From the NCBI RefSeq assembly GCF_009914755.1, contig NC_060939.1: a DNA stretch of 64,000 nt. One strand, 5' to 3'. This DNA comes from the human T2T-CHM13v2.0 reference genome, Homo sapiens. Shown here in pieces: positions 28,906 to 42,077 of the stretch; the stretch's first letter is position 1, and each line of letters begins with the position of its first letter. Made by a program: the position numbers and the translations under genes. The notes beneath the pieces were generated by a model. That model did no database searches, had not been told where the DNA came from, and saw nothing but the letters and a program-made list of their open reading frames with translations.

Positions 28906-30469
28906 TGGTCACCAATAGTATTTTGAAAACATCTCTTGATGATTCTGTGTAGCCAGAGTTGAGCAACATTGCTCCAAGATGCCCTACTGCTTGAAGGAGT
29001 TGGGATTTAAATTGCATAGTCACTGCACAGTGCTTTCTTTTGACCACTTTTTTTCTCTTGTCTCGCAGTGACATCGCTTTTAGACAGATACCCTTTTTGA
29101 AGATCTGTGTGCTTTCTGAATGAGATGCCAGTGGCGGTTTTGTGCTTTACTAGCACAAAGGTCTTTAAAAATCATGGAAAATTATAGGTATCCAATAAAA
29201 TATTTTCTACTAATCACTACCTTATTTCTAGGGTCAACAAATTCAACTTTCCAAGATGGCTTTTTCAGCAGAATACATTCTTCAGACTACCCTAATAATA
29301 TTATTAGTAAAGAATTCAATTAAAGCAATGCTTTTTCAAGTCCCCTGTTACTAGTTATGCATTCATATCAGACAAATCAATTCTGGCAATTAAAGGCAAG
29401 GCAGATGGTGCAGACAGATGGACTCTAGGCCATGCCAAAGGAGAGAGGAATAAGTGAAAGGGAAATTGAATAGATGCTATATTCACCTCTCTCATTACTT
29501 AGGAAACTTTGAACTTTCCAGAAGAGCCAGAAGATTTTTCCCAAAGTGCCATTCAGTACATATTTATGCTATTAGAGAAATACTAGCATCATTACATTTT
29601 GGACAATGCCCCAACTTTTATGTTTACATTAACATTGGGTTGAAAAAATTCAAGTAATGCCAGGTTGTATTCCTTTGATATTTGGCTGACTCTGAGTAAA
29701 CCTGTTCTCATGATCAAATGTCTTGGTTCTTCTATTTTCTGTCTAGTTTGGTATATCAATTTTCCTAAACATGTGGACTTTTTAGAAAAGATCTCTTAAA
29801 AAGAAACACCTTAGGATAAGATGTGACCACTGTTGTGCCCAAATATTAGTTGGAGGGAGGGGAGAAGTTAGCTGATTTTTTGTTGTTGCAATTTTCAAGT
29901 AAATTCTTGAGGGGAGGGGACAGTGTGGAGAGTGTCTTGAGTAGTTTTGGTATCTGTTTTCTGTTGTTTAATATTTATCAGCACAATACAAATTCTTAAA
30001 GGGACAATCTCTGGATCTTTTCCAGCTACCTTTTCAAGCCAAGGTCTGTTGTAAAGGGGACAAATGAATAAGAGGAGTCAAGGGATATGTTGTCATACAC
30101 CCATAGGAAAGGTCAAAGGGCTTGCATCACCCAGGTTTCAGTATGCCATTCATTACAAGGTCTGGGGAAAGGCAACTAATGAATGTTGCCCAAAACTAAA
30201 CAAAAAAGCAAGAAGACTCCCAAATCGGTGAGAAATCTCCAACCCCCAATCAAATTAGAGGTTTGTTTTGATGAGTTCTTTATGGTGAAATGATCAATGA
30301 AACCTTATTTGAATTGGAGTTCTGAAAAGAATTTACCCTAGAGGCTGAATGGGAAGACAAACCCATTTCTAATAAAAATTTTAAAATATGGAGAATAAAG
30401 CAAATTAAAATCATTCTGAGAAAAAAAGAATTGATAGAGAAAGCTAAATTCACAGTCAAGAGAACCAGG

Positions 30470-30570
30470 TCAATACTCTAGAGACTTGAGCTGTTATGTC
30501 TTAGCCCTGCTATTTACTAAGTGCCTGACCATGAGCAAGTTATTCAGCCTCTCTGGTCCTAAATGTTCTT
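30470..30570 (+). mobile_element. MIR fragment
   Basis: agccctgctatttactaagtgcctgaccatgagcaagttattcagcctctctgg. Confidence 0.6.
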
Positions 30571-30774
30571 ACTGGGAGGCAAGGGTGTGAACCCAGTGTT
30601 GATATAACTGGGTTGGGGAGCTAGGCAAGTATCCTTCTTTCTCTCCCAAGAGAAAAGTGTAATATCCCTGGAAGCAAGTGGACTTCCTCATATTAACAAT
30701 GCAGCCTGTTAGTACTGCCAGCTCCCTCATGTTTAAGAGGAGGAGTTGAACCATACAATTTCTAAGTTTCCACT

Positions 30775-30990
30775 AAGATCTATCACTGACTTTATGATCC
30801 TGGGCAAATTATTTAATTTATTTGAGCCTCAATATCCTCAGCTATAAAATGAGAGTAATAATCACCGATTTCATAGAGTTGTTGGAAGGATGAGTTTGTA
30901 TTTGTAAAATGTTTGGAAGAAGATATGGCATACCATAACCAGTACGATGCTCTTTTGTATAACTATGAGTATTGTTACTTTTATCATTAA
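30775..30990 (+). mobile_element. MIR
   Basis: tgatcctgggcaaattattta...tgagcctcaatatcctcagctataaaatgagagtaataat...catagagttgttggaaggat. Confidence 0.72.
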
Positions 30991-32825
30991 CAATATATGT
31001 TGATGATATTTCCGATTTATATTGACTTCAGTTCTACATTATACTTTCAAGTATACGCTTCAAAACTATGTCCAAAAACTTATTATTTTCATTTGTTTTA
31101 AAGAAAATTCTTACTCATTTAAGAGAAAGACACAGAAGGATGTGGTGTTGATTTGAATCTGAAAGAGTTGGATCCGTATCTTCAGTTTTGTATCTAAAAC
31201 TGGGCTGGTAGCCAAGTTCTTCCAGGAGAGAAGGCACAGAGCTGGGAAGGGAGCTGGGCGGTATTTATGTGATATCAAAACAAGAGGTTAGTTCAGCCAG
31301 TTTTATCAAACAACTGGTCAATGCTGTGAAATAATGGTCCAACTGGAGGATCATCTTTGGCGGAGCCAAGCCACCTGGAAAGCCAACACAAACAACCAAC
31401 TCAAAGAGAAGCTGCACATCCCACTCAGAGAGCTGGTGATTGAGTTATAACTCATCTGAAGTTTATGAACGATTTTGATGTTGACTGTTTTCATCTCATA
31501 ATAAAACCAGTTGAGATCTCAGCCTTAGATTGGTGAAGAAATTCCAGACATAAAGGCCACAAAAAAGGCTGTTCAAATGAAGCTTCACACTAGATCATTC
31601 TTTTCTTTCCCACAGCCCACCCAGTGTGATGTTATTGATTTCTGTTTTCTTCAGATCCAGCCTTTTTCTCAAGCAGGGTGTGGGAACTTTGGCCCTTTTC
31701 TGTCATCATTTCTGAATATGCCTTTCAGTTATTTGGAGGAGAAGGGGGGGAAAATGGAGACACTTAATTAATCCTAGATGGCACAGGGCTAAGACCAGTA
31801 TGGCATTGATGCAACTTTCTGTGCTTCTACAGAAAAGAGCCACACCCTGTAATCTCTATGGATGACCAGTCAGATCCTTTACAAAACAACAGCAAATATT
31901 TTAATGGAACTCTGCTAAGAAAGAGAATACTAGAGATCCGTGCCTAGACCGTCATAAACACTTTTATGCATTGCCTATATTTTAAGGTCACAGATTAAGA
32001 ATTAATTACCAGTCCTGTCATAACAACTGATTTCTTTAAATGTGTCTTTGTAATGAAAGATTTTAGCCATACAGAAAATTACAACGAACGTCGATATATC
32101 CACCATTTACATTTAATATGTTATCATTTTGCCCCTGCTTTTATTTTTTAAATTGTGAAGTGGTTCAAATGTACAGAAAAGTAAAGGGAAAATATTTAAT
32201 GAATAACTTTGCAAATGAAATGTGTAAAGGGCTTGGAACAGTGCCTAGGCTATAGACAACAGTTATTGTGTTTGCTATTCCCACCTTATGTTTCATTATG
32301 TTTTAACATCTTGCCATTATTGCCTCAGATTTTTTAAGGAAATCAAAATACCAAGACACTTGAAGCCCCTGTTTGTCCCTCCTTGATCTTTCCCCTTCTT
32401 CCTTTTCTCCCTCCTCTCACTGCTCCAACTTGTCCCTTGCTTTCTCATTCTCATTTCCACCTTCTGCAGAGAAAACTACTGCCCTGATTTTGTGTGTTAT
32501 TGTAGCTTCCATATGTTTGCATCATATTGTTCTAGCTTATAGAATTCCCAACAAATATTTAGTGTAGTTTTCCTTATTTATAAATATGTATATGTATCAT
32601 TGTATAATTTCCTTTTTCATGCCGTATGTTTTTGAGATTCATCTATTTTTTCTTTACATAACTGCAGTTTATTCATTTTAGCTGCTCTATAGTATTCACT
32701 GCATAAATATGTATTATCTATTCTGTTTGACGAACATTGGGGTTTTTCTAGTTGTTTATTATTATAGATCTTCTGCATTGAATATATACAGGTTTTCTTG
32801 TGTACATATGTAAAAGTTTTTAACG

Positions 32826-33065
32826 CAGTGGCTTAATATACATGTGTACTCATGCACATACACACACTTAGACATATACTGAAACCAAACATTTATAAAA
32901 CAACTTCTTACTGTTTTGCTATTTTTACTATTTTCTATTCATTTACTGTTTTCATTTCATTCTTGTTCATTCTATCTTATTCTAAAAATAAGATGTAGGT
33001 TGTGACTCATCAAACTAATTTCCCATTTCACTAATGAGTCTAAACTGATTGTTTGAGTTATATTG
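32826..33065. mobile_element. MER113-like hAT MITE
   Basis: Starts cagtgg; 3' end ttgtgactcatcaaactaatttcccatttcactaatgagtc...gtttga...attg. Confidence 0.55.
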
Positions 33066-33134
33066 CTTTAGGTTTCATACTCAAAGATGAATTCCTGAAT
33101 CAAATAGTGTATGGATCTTCTCCTTTACTTCTAT

Positions 33135-33632
33135 TGCTTCCCCAAATATCCCCAGAAAAGAAAACAAAAACACTACCCCCAAAGCGAAGACAAAAACAAA
33201 AACTACTGTTGATAAACAAATCTCAGTTTACTAGGCCCATTGCAATAAGAAAGAACGTTCTCATGGCCAAGTCTTAATAGTGCCTCAAGACAGTGAATTA
33301 AGAAGAAGCTATTTATAGAGTTTTATGACCTGGGTTAGGTGATTTTAAGATAGAATTTCTATGTCAGGGAATTAAGTAGCCTTTATGACATAAAAGCTTT
33401 GGATTGGTGGGCACAGTGAGGTGAGGCTCTTGAAGCAAGCCTTGATGAGCAAGCTACTAGTCTTGATAAGTAAGCTATTTTTGTAGCCTCACAACTTTAT
33501 CTTCCAGGAGCAAATATTTCCCAGAGCAAGTAGCTAAGTATTGTTTCACAAAGAGGCAGAAAAGTATGTCTTATCTCAGACTTGTCTGACACAAGGACAG
33601 AAAAGAGGGAATCAGGTTGGATTTAGTTCTCA
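33135..33632 (-). mobile_element. Solo LTR, ERV1 class (subfamily uncertain, possibly MER110-like)
   Basis: TG...CA ends and a 4-bp TSD CTAT (33131-33134, 33633-33636). The host L1ME reads continuously once the element is removed (ctttactt-ctat-acaatgccaaa). Confidence 0.65.
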
Positions 33633-34202
33633 CTATACAATGCCAAATATTCTCCAAAGCGGTTGTGCCCATTTAAAAATCCCACCATAATTAACCATGT
33701 TCTCATCAAGATTTAGTATTGTCTTTTTAAAAATTTTGCCATTCTGAAAGTCTAAAATATCATACTATCTCATCATTTTATTTCATATTTCCTTGATTAC
33801 TAGTGAGATTTTTTTTATTTTTCCATGTGATTATCGGTCATTTGAGTTTTTTCTTTGGTAAATGGCCTGTTCATATCCTTCAACAATTTTTCTAGTTTGT
33901 TTAGCTATAGTTTGTTTAGCCTTAGTTTCTAGTTGTCTAGCTCTCTTTTTCTTATTGTGTTAGTTCTATATATTCTGCATAATATTTTGGTAAATATAAG
34001 TAAATATTTCAATCTGGCCTTCATAATTTATCTTAATATTCGATGTCTTTTGTTAAAGTGTTAAAGTTAAATGTAGGAAAATTAATCATTTTTATGCTTT
34101 GTGCTTTTGGTTTATTTCAGAAATTCTTAAAAATGTTTTTCTCTATTTTTATTCATATATATTAAAAATTTTTGTTCCATATTTACATCTTTAAACTGTC
34201 TA

Positions 34203-35180
34203 CCTTCTGCAGAGCAACAGAAATAATCAGCAGAGTAAACAGACAAACCACAGAGTGGGAGAAAATATTAACAAATTATGAACCTGACGAAGGACTAATA
34301 TCCAGAATCTACCAGAAACTCAAATCAGCAAGAAAAAAAAAACAACCCCATCAAAAAGTGGGCAAAGGACATGAATAGACAATTCTCAAAAGAAGATATA
34401 CAAATGGCCAACAAACATATGAAAATGTGCCCAACATCAGTAATTATCAGGGAAATGCAAATTAAAACCACAATGAGATACCACCTTACTCCTGCAAGAA
34501 TGGTCATAATTTAAAAATTAAAAAGTAATAGATGTTGGCATGGATGTGATGAAAAGGGAACACTTTTATGCGCTGGTGGGAATGTAAACTAGTACAGCCA
34601 TTATGGAAAACAGTATGGAGTTCCTTAAACAACTAAAAGTAGAACTACCATTGGATCCAGCAATCCCACTACTGAGTATCTACCTAAGGGAAAGAAGTCA
34701 TTATATGAAAAAAACACTTGCACACGCATGTTTATAGCAGCACATTTCACAATTGCAAAACTATGGAACCAACCTGAATGCCCATCAACCAATGAGTGGA
34801 TAAAGAAAATGTGGTATCTATACACCATTGAATACTACTCAGCATAAAAGGGAATGAAATAATGGCATCTGCAGCAATCTAGATGGAGTTGGAGACCATT
34901 TTTCTAAGGAAAGTAACTCAGGGATGGAAAACCAAATATTTTATGTTTTTACTTGCAAGTGGGAGCTAAGCTATGAGGATGCAAAGGCCTAAGAATGATA
35001 CAATGGACTTCGGGTACTCAGGGGGAAGGGTGGGAGAGGGGTGAGGAATAAAAGACTACACATTGGTTATAGTGTATACTGCTTGGGTGACAGGTGCACC
35101 AACATCTCAGAAATCACCACTAAAGAACTTATCCATGGAACTAAAAACCACCTGTTCCCCAAAAACTGTTGAAATAAAAA
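34203..35180 (+). mobile_element. L1PB2-like 3' fragment with 11-bp TSD
   Basis: ORF2 3' end plus L1PB 3'UTR ending aaaaccacctgttccccaaaaactgttgaaataaaaa. TSD TAAACTGTCTA at 34192-34202 and 35181-35191. Confidence 0.9.
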
Positions 35181-35221
35181 TAAACTGTCTAGCATTAATT
35201 TTTCTGTGTAGGAAAAAATAA

Positions 35222-35671
35222 AGTCTTTTAATGAAGTATTGTCACAGTAATATTGCTTAAGACAATCCACAACATCAGTGAGTTGTAACGAAAAAGAATT
35301 ATTTATATTTTAAACACCTTTGGTTTGACTAGAGCTTGGCTGATGTTGGCTGTGCTCAGCTGAGTTTGGATACAGACTTTGTGTGAAGTTGGCTTCACAC
35401 ATTTGCCATAATTCTGGCAGCAGTAGGCTACCCAGGACAAAGGCATAAATGAAAGCGAGCAAGTCCAAACTCATTAGAACACTTCAAGTCTTGATTATGT
35501 GACATCTGCTGACATTCTAATGGCCAAAACAGGACACATGGACGAGCTCAGAATCAGTGGAATAGGGAAATATGTGCTGCCTCTAGTAGGAAGAACTGCA
35601 GTGTCCTATTAGCAATGGGTGTGGTTGCAGGGAGGGGTGAAATATTGGGACCAATAATGAAATTTACCACA
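35222..35671 (-). mobile_element. MLT1J-family MaLR LTR (3' LTR)
   Basis: acatctgctgacattctaatggccaaaacaggacacatgg...gggaggggtgaaatattgggaccaataatgaaatttaccaca. Confidence 0.8.
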
Positions 35672-36945
35672 GGCTATGCTCTTAGTTACAATAACATTTT
35701 ATACAAAGTTCACTCAATCCCTTTCTATTATACCCGCAAAAGACTCATTCAAAGCATTAGGCTCTAAAGCAAGAACCTAATTATCGATGTTGGGTCTGGA
35801 TGCAACTCCAGAACTAAAAAGACAAGTTATCTGCCTCCCACACACCCAGCAATGATGAAACATGGGAAGAATAACTGCAATGAACTCTCCCATTCACAAA
35901 AAGAAAATAACACATAGCAGCCACTGGCTTATAGCGATTTTGAATACTACTGAACAAATATGGCCAAGTACTTTTTTTTTTTTTTTTTTTTTTTTTTTGA
36001 GGCTAGGGAATATATCTTCACTAGGTTCTAGTTTGAAACTGGAATGGCTCTCCAGCCCATATTTTCCCTGTGGTGCTTGGTTGTGCCCTCTCTTTTTTTT
36101 CCATCTTTTTAAATCACTTCTGAAGAAGGCATTGAGTATATTTCATTCTTAGCAACTTAGCAGTTTTATCAGTCTACTTCCTGCCTGCAGAAAGTTGAGG
36201 TCTAGGAGTACTTTTTTTTTTTTCATCTTAGTTACTATTAGTCTCCTTTTACTCAGGCTGAAGGATGACACTTTTGTCAGGATAAATATCTCATACTATT
36301 TTGTTTTATTCTCTTCAATCCCATGGGCTAAAAGCTACATCCACAATACTATTTAGACTTGCACCTTCTCTTGAGACCTAATTACAGAGAGTTTGGGCAT
36401 ATCAAGCTTCTGTGGGACATACCCTTAATCTTTCTAGGAACACTTTGGCAGAGCAGAACTTTTTTCAGAAGTCATCACAAGGGATTTTAGTAGCCAAAAT
36501 CTTAGTATGTCCTTTACCTTGAGGCCATGTCTTACTGATAGTGTCCTGGGTTTGGTCTTTTCCTTGAGTCTATGTCATAATGGTCACACCATTGACTTGA
36601 AAATTGTTTCCCATTCCAACATTTCAAGTGCTTTTTTGAGTCACTCAATCCTTCATAAATTCAGTTTGCACCTCAGCCAATTAATTTTCAGCTCTCTTCT
36701 AATATCTCGTTAAAGGCAGCTGGCAGCAGTCAGCTTACCACTGCAATATTCTGCCTTAAAACCTTGAAGTTCATTATGTTAATAGCAAACAATACTTTCA
36801 TTAAATATTTTCCACTCTGTAACACAGGTTGCCATTTATCAGCATCATATAGCAGTTTTCTAACTACCAGTTCCCAATGCTTATGCCCTACCTCTTTTAC
36901 CAATTTTTGGCTTAGTCAACCATTCCCACAATAATCATAACAAAC
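35672..36945 (-). mobile_element. MLT1J-family internal sequence plus start of second LTR (36908-36945)
   Basis: aaaagacaagttatctgcctcccacacacccagc...actgcaatgaactctcccattc; MaLR junction ttaccaattt|tggcttagtcaaccattcccacaataat. Contains poly-T at 35972-35998. Confidence 0.68.
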
Positions 36946-36949
36946 TCTT

Positions 36950-37755
36950 CAGCTCCTGAAATAGCTTTGGAGCTATAACGGTGACAGGAGCATCTTTTGT
37001 TACTCATAACAAGTTCCTTTCAACCACATCTGAGTTTATATTAGTGAAGTAACTTTTAGAAAGCTCCTAAGGATGAGGGGCTGGTTGCCAGTGTAACATC
37101 ACCCATGCGATCAGAGGGCTGCAACTTTCAGCCCCACCCCCGGACCTCCAGGGAAGAGAGAAACTGGAGGCCGAGTTAATCACCATTGGCCAATGATTTA
37201 ACAAATCATTCCTATGTCATGAAGCCTACAGTAAAAACCCTAATGGAAGGGGTTCCAGGTTGCTGGAAGTGTGGCACCCCAGAGAGGGCATGTAACCCCC
37301 TTGCCAATACTTTGCCCTAGGCATCTCTTCCATCTGGCTGTTCTTGAGTTTTATCTTTTATAATAAAACATTAGAAAGGAAGCCTTAGAAAGGTAAATGC
37401 AAGTAAAGTAACTTCCCTAACTTTTGTGAGACAATCTAGCAAATTACCAAACCCAAGGAGGGGGTTGTAGGAAGCCCTGATTTATAGCCAGTTGGTCAAA
37501 AATACAGGTTACAACCTAGGACTTACAACTGGCATCTGAAGCGGTGGGCAGCTGTGTGGGACTGAGCTTTCTAACTTGTGATGGAGCTGATGCTAACTCC
37601 AGGTGGACAGCGTTAGAATGAATTGAATTAGACTGTAGGACACCCAGTTGGTATGACAGAGAATTGAGGAATTGCTTAATGGGAGAGAAAAACCCAGACA
37701 CTTGGGTGTCAGATGTGAAATATTGAGAATAGAAAAACAGAGTGTTTCCCTTTCC
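36950..37755 (+). mobile_element. MER21B/C-like LTR
   Basis: ggagcatcttttgttactcataacaag...caccattggccaatgattt...catctcttccatctggctgttcttgag...tgatttatagccagttggtca...ggacacccagttggt. Confidence 0.85.
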
Positions 37756-37769
37756 TCTATTTGCTAGGC

Positions 37770-38080
37770 ATCCAGTAGGCTACCTTTCTTAATAGCTTCC
37801 TTTCTAATGTCATTGACTTAGGGCTCTTAAGTGAGTTCTAGCCAATGGAATGTGACTGACAGTAATGCATGAGACTTCCAGGTCCACACACAAAAATATT
37901 CTAATGCCCAATTATCCATTCTTTCTTTCCTACTCACTTGGTGAACCAAAGCAAAATGAAATTGGGAGTAATGTATTGAAGATGAAGGAGACTCAAGATA
38001 AAAAAAAGCTTAGGTTCCTGAATCACCATTGAAAGAAGTGCTGCCACTGATGAAACACTCACTGTGGGCTGTTCATGAGA
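37770..38080 (+). mobile_element. MLT1J-like LTR fragment
   Basis: gagttctagccaatggaatgtga...cttccaggtc...tattgaagatgaagg...ggttcctgaatcacc. Confidence 0.7.
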
Positions 38081-38099
38081 CCATGTTTTTTTAATTTAT

Positions 38100-40850
38100 G
38101 TATTTATTTTGCTCTTTCTATGTTGTTTTGTAAACAGAATGTAGCTGGAAATTCAATCTGATCTTTTATTTTCTTATAATATTGAGATTTACCCACTTTT
38201 ATTTATTGGATTTTTAATATATTTGCAATTATTTATCCCATCATATTACACTTTTAGATGCCTTTTTTATTTGCCTCTTTTGTCTCCATTTTGCATGTTG
38301 TTCACTTATTTACATTGTGTATATTTCCAATCGCTAAAATAATAGATAAAAATTCCATTGCCTCCAAACCAACAGGTGAAAAGTAGCAGCATTTTCTCAG
38401 TGCAATTTGAAATTGTTTTCAATGCAATGAAATTGTTTTCCATTATTTTAGTAGTTACTTTTAAATATTTAAACAGATTTGCTTCAATATAAATTTGTGC
38501 AACAAGGCCTACAATTAATCAGCCTTTGTCTTTTTCTACTAATCACAATAGAGAGCTTTACATACTAAAACTACATATTTAAAACTAAATGTCCCTCCCT
38601 GCAGCAACACATTTTAGCTTTTCTCTTCATATTACAAAAATTTACTTTTTAGCAACAGTGTGTTAATTAGAATTACTTGTTTTATCAATTTCTGCCTATT
38701 GTTTTTTATCATGTGGTTTCCCTGGTTTCACATTCCTTCTGGCTTAACTTTATCTTTTAATAGTACTTTTAGTGAGGGCTATGGATGGTAAGTTATTGTG
38801 TTTGTATGTAGGAGATTGGTCAGGGTGGTGGGAAAAATTATAGGGAAAGACAAAAACCTTCTTGGAAGGCTGGGAGGTTTTGCAAAAGCTTGGAAAGAGA
38901 ATTTAGCTGAAGGCAGTTAAATTCTCTTAAGGGCAAAGGGTAGATAACAAGGGAATGTAAAGAAACTTATCTAAATAAATTGATTTAGTTATGTCTCCGG
39001 AAACCAACCTTTGATCATTCGCATGCAGGACTGCTGTCTACTCAGGGGGTCGACAATGTTAATTGCCCACAAATTGTGTTTGCTCCAAGCCTTTGTCATT
39101 AAATCTGTACTAAATAAATAAATAACGGCTCAGGCTTATTGTGGCTGCACTCTCATCAGTGGTGCTAAGTGGTGCAGTCCCCTAGCCACACTGTCAGGTA
39201 AAATACCTGTGTCTGCGTACTCCTTTCATCCATCACTCGACCAGAGTCTGCAGGATGGACCCAGCATTTGTATACATAGTATGTTTTTATTTTATGCCAT
39301 TATTTAGCCTTTGCTCTTTAATGATAGTTCATTTGTATATACAATTCTACATTGCCAGTTATTTTTCTTCTGCACTTTGGAGCTATTATCTTACTGTATT
39401 TTGGCATCTATCATTGCCAGTAAAAAACCTGTCTCATGTGTGAAGGTTATCCCTTTATTAGTAATCTGTCTTTTCCTGTCTGGCAACTTTTAAAGAATTC
39501 TCCCTGCCACTGCTTTCCTATAGTTTCACAAGAATGTACCTTGATGTGGATTTATTTTTATTGATATTGGTACTTAACGTGTACTTTTGCTATGAAGGTT
39601 AACATTTTTTAATTCTCTTTAATTATAGAAAAATTGAAGCTACTATCTCTTTGGGTGTTACTTCCCTCCGTTTATTTTATTATTTTCTTCTGGAATTCCT
39701 ATTAGATGTATGCTGTAGCCTCTTCATCCACCCTTGTTTCCTCTTTATTCCTTCTTCCTATTCTTCATCTTTTTGTTTCCTCATCTTCACTGTTAGTGAT
39801 GTCTTCAATATAACTTACTCTTATGTATGCAACGTAGAGTTTAACCAACTTATCAAGTACTTTTAAGTCAATAACTATATACTATTTCATACTATTTCAT
39901 CCCGATTTCTAATTAGATCTTCCTATATTCATCTCTTCTTCTTAAATTTCTCTGTTTGATTCATAAACTTTTGATCATCTTAAAATATTTCTTTCACCTA
40001 ATTCTCAGAGTACTCTGTGTGTTAAAGTCTTTGTCAAACTGCTACACAAAATTAATTTCACCCGAAATGAAATATTCTTATGGTTACATTTGTTTGTTTT
40101 TCTTAACATTAGATGTTTTAATGTATTTTGGAATTTTGCTGTTTGTGTAATTTGGGGAGGACATTTTGTATGTGTCTTTTTACTTTCTGCCTTCTAGTTA
40201 AACTCTAGACTAGATAAAGACAATAAGTTAGTATTGAGGATATTACTATCCCTGGTTAGAGATTGTGCAGTTATTTCCACTCATTATGTGGGTTTGCCAT
40301 AATGGCATTTTGGGGCCGTTGTGAGACCATCTCCATTGTGTGGATTATGATGATATCACAGATCCAGTCACTAAGCAGTGGGATTCGGTGTCCCATTTAC
40401 TAATCACTGTCTGGTTTGTTACGCTCTGCTCTTGTCTTCCAGCAATGATAGGCCTGTAGCTTGCTCAAAGCTGCAGACTCATGCTGGTCTAGTATTACTT
40501 CCATCTTCTGAGTACAGAATGACTTCAAGCACCTTCAAGGGTAGTGTTTCCCTGACCTGCATGAAGCAGTTTTAATCTTGTGTATCCTGCAGGAGCTAAG
40601 GTCCTACTATCATCACTCACTGCAGACTCAGAGCCCAGCACATCTGAGACTTCAGCCTTACACATGGATTTTAGGTTTCAGTTCTGTTTCTGGTCCCCAG
40701 AGTCCTCTCTTGTTTCTCAGTTTATTTATATTGTTTTTGTTGGCTATTTATATATTATTATTGTGTGTTTCGAGTGGAGGAGATGCATTATGTTTCTAAT
40801 TTACTGTAGAAAATTTGGCTACGAGTTCATAATGTTTAATTTTTCTGAAA
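38100..40850 (-). mobile_element. Ancient L1M/HAL1-like 5'/ORF1 region, interrupted by LTR22
   Basis: T-rich antisense L1 ORF1 motifs (tatacaattcta, tgtattttggcatctatcattgc, ttcttctggaattcctattagatgtatg). Boundaries approximate. Confidence 0.6.
38807..39266 (+). mobile_element. Solo LTR22 (HERV-K22/HML-5), 460 bp
   Basis: TG...CA ends (tgtaggagattggtcagggtggtgggaaaaattatag...ggacccagca), AATAAA near 39113, and a perfect 6-bp TSD TTTGTA at 38801-38806 and 39267-39272 (betaretroviral length). Confidence 0.88.
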
Positions 40851-42077
40851 AAAAAAATCTAGCATTTCATTAATTGCTTTATTCCCCTGCCTTCCTTAAA
40901 GGCTACACGCTACCTTCCTCACCTATCTAAATATTGTTTTGAGGAAATTACAAAGAATAAGCAGGAAAGGGAAACACAGCCAGTAGGAAACAAGTAGAGC
41001 AGTAAGTATGAAGCTGGCCATAAAAGTGATCTGATAACTTGTGCATTTAATATTTTTCTCTAGGACATTGAGTTCCATTCGTACCTGTACTCTGGGGGAC
41101 CCTATTATCTCTGGAGCCTGCCAAATGGAACTTAACATGATAATGTAATATTTACTGCTTGTTCCTAATTGCATGTCTTTGAAGAAACTGGAACACTGCA
41201 TAGGAACATCACTGTTTATTCCTCTAGCATACAAATGGGACTGTTTAACTTGTCCTTTCTAAGAACTCTCTGGTGAGGTTGCACACTCTCCAGCTGTGTC
41301 TGTCATGTCCTACTCCTTAGCTGGGTAAGTGTGTGCACCAGGGGTAGGGTATGGGTCAGACGAGGACTTCCCCTGAACAGCTTTCTATTCCTTGGGCTGA
41401 AATTAAGGCCCTGAGAAAGACCACACATCTTTTCCTCAAATCATTGTTAGACACAAGTAGGACAATACCTTGAATTTAATTTATTTATCAACCTGTGGCT
41501 ACATCAAAGCCCTTTGCTCCATAAAAATCCTGTTCCTATTCTTTCTCCCCTTTCATTACTGTCCTCCCACCTACTTTGTTTGAACTGATCATTTGGCTGT
41601 CTACTGACTGTAGAGAAAAACCATTATTTCTCCCATGAACTACTACAAAATCCCCAGAAATAGTCTGCCTACTTAAGTCAATTTATTTTCTCAAATATTT
41701 TTAAATTTTTTTACAAAAATTCAAAAATGTATTTAAATGCAGTGATATATGCAGATGATTAAAAATGAAACGGTAATGAGAGATATACAATGAAAGGCAG
41801 TATTCCCTAGCCCCACTGCACCTCTCCCCTAAAGACTTCTCTACAGAAACAATTTCTATCTTTAATGCTTATGGTGGTTATTTCAATGACTCTAAATATA
41901 GTGCTTTATAAAAACATAATTCAACTGAGCATTATCATTTCTCTATTGACATTTTGCCTTGACTGATGGTTGAGCCACCTTCCTGTCTCCTCTTCTGTCA
42001 TTCCAGTTACATCACTAATCCCACTTCCACCAAACGGCATTCTTCAATCCTTGCTGCTTTATCTGTTCACTGTAGGC

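Larger units (their letters stand above)
32050..34202 (-). mobile_element. Ancient L1ME-type 3' region interrupted by MIR, MER113, an LTR and L1PB2
   Basis: T-rich L1 antisense motifs (tttttgagattcatct, atgccaaatattctccaaagcggttgtgcccattt, atttccttgattactagtgag, ggcctgttcatatcctt). Confidence 0.7.

Noticed and set aside
31441-31454. 14-bp perfect palindrome TGAGTTATAACTCA
   Set aside because: About 4 such palindromes are expected by chance in 64 kb (64000/4^7).
35012-35041. G-quadruplex-like motif
   Set aside because: This is the ordinary G-rich tract of L1 3'UTRs and is not locus-specific.
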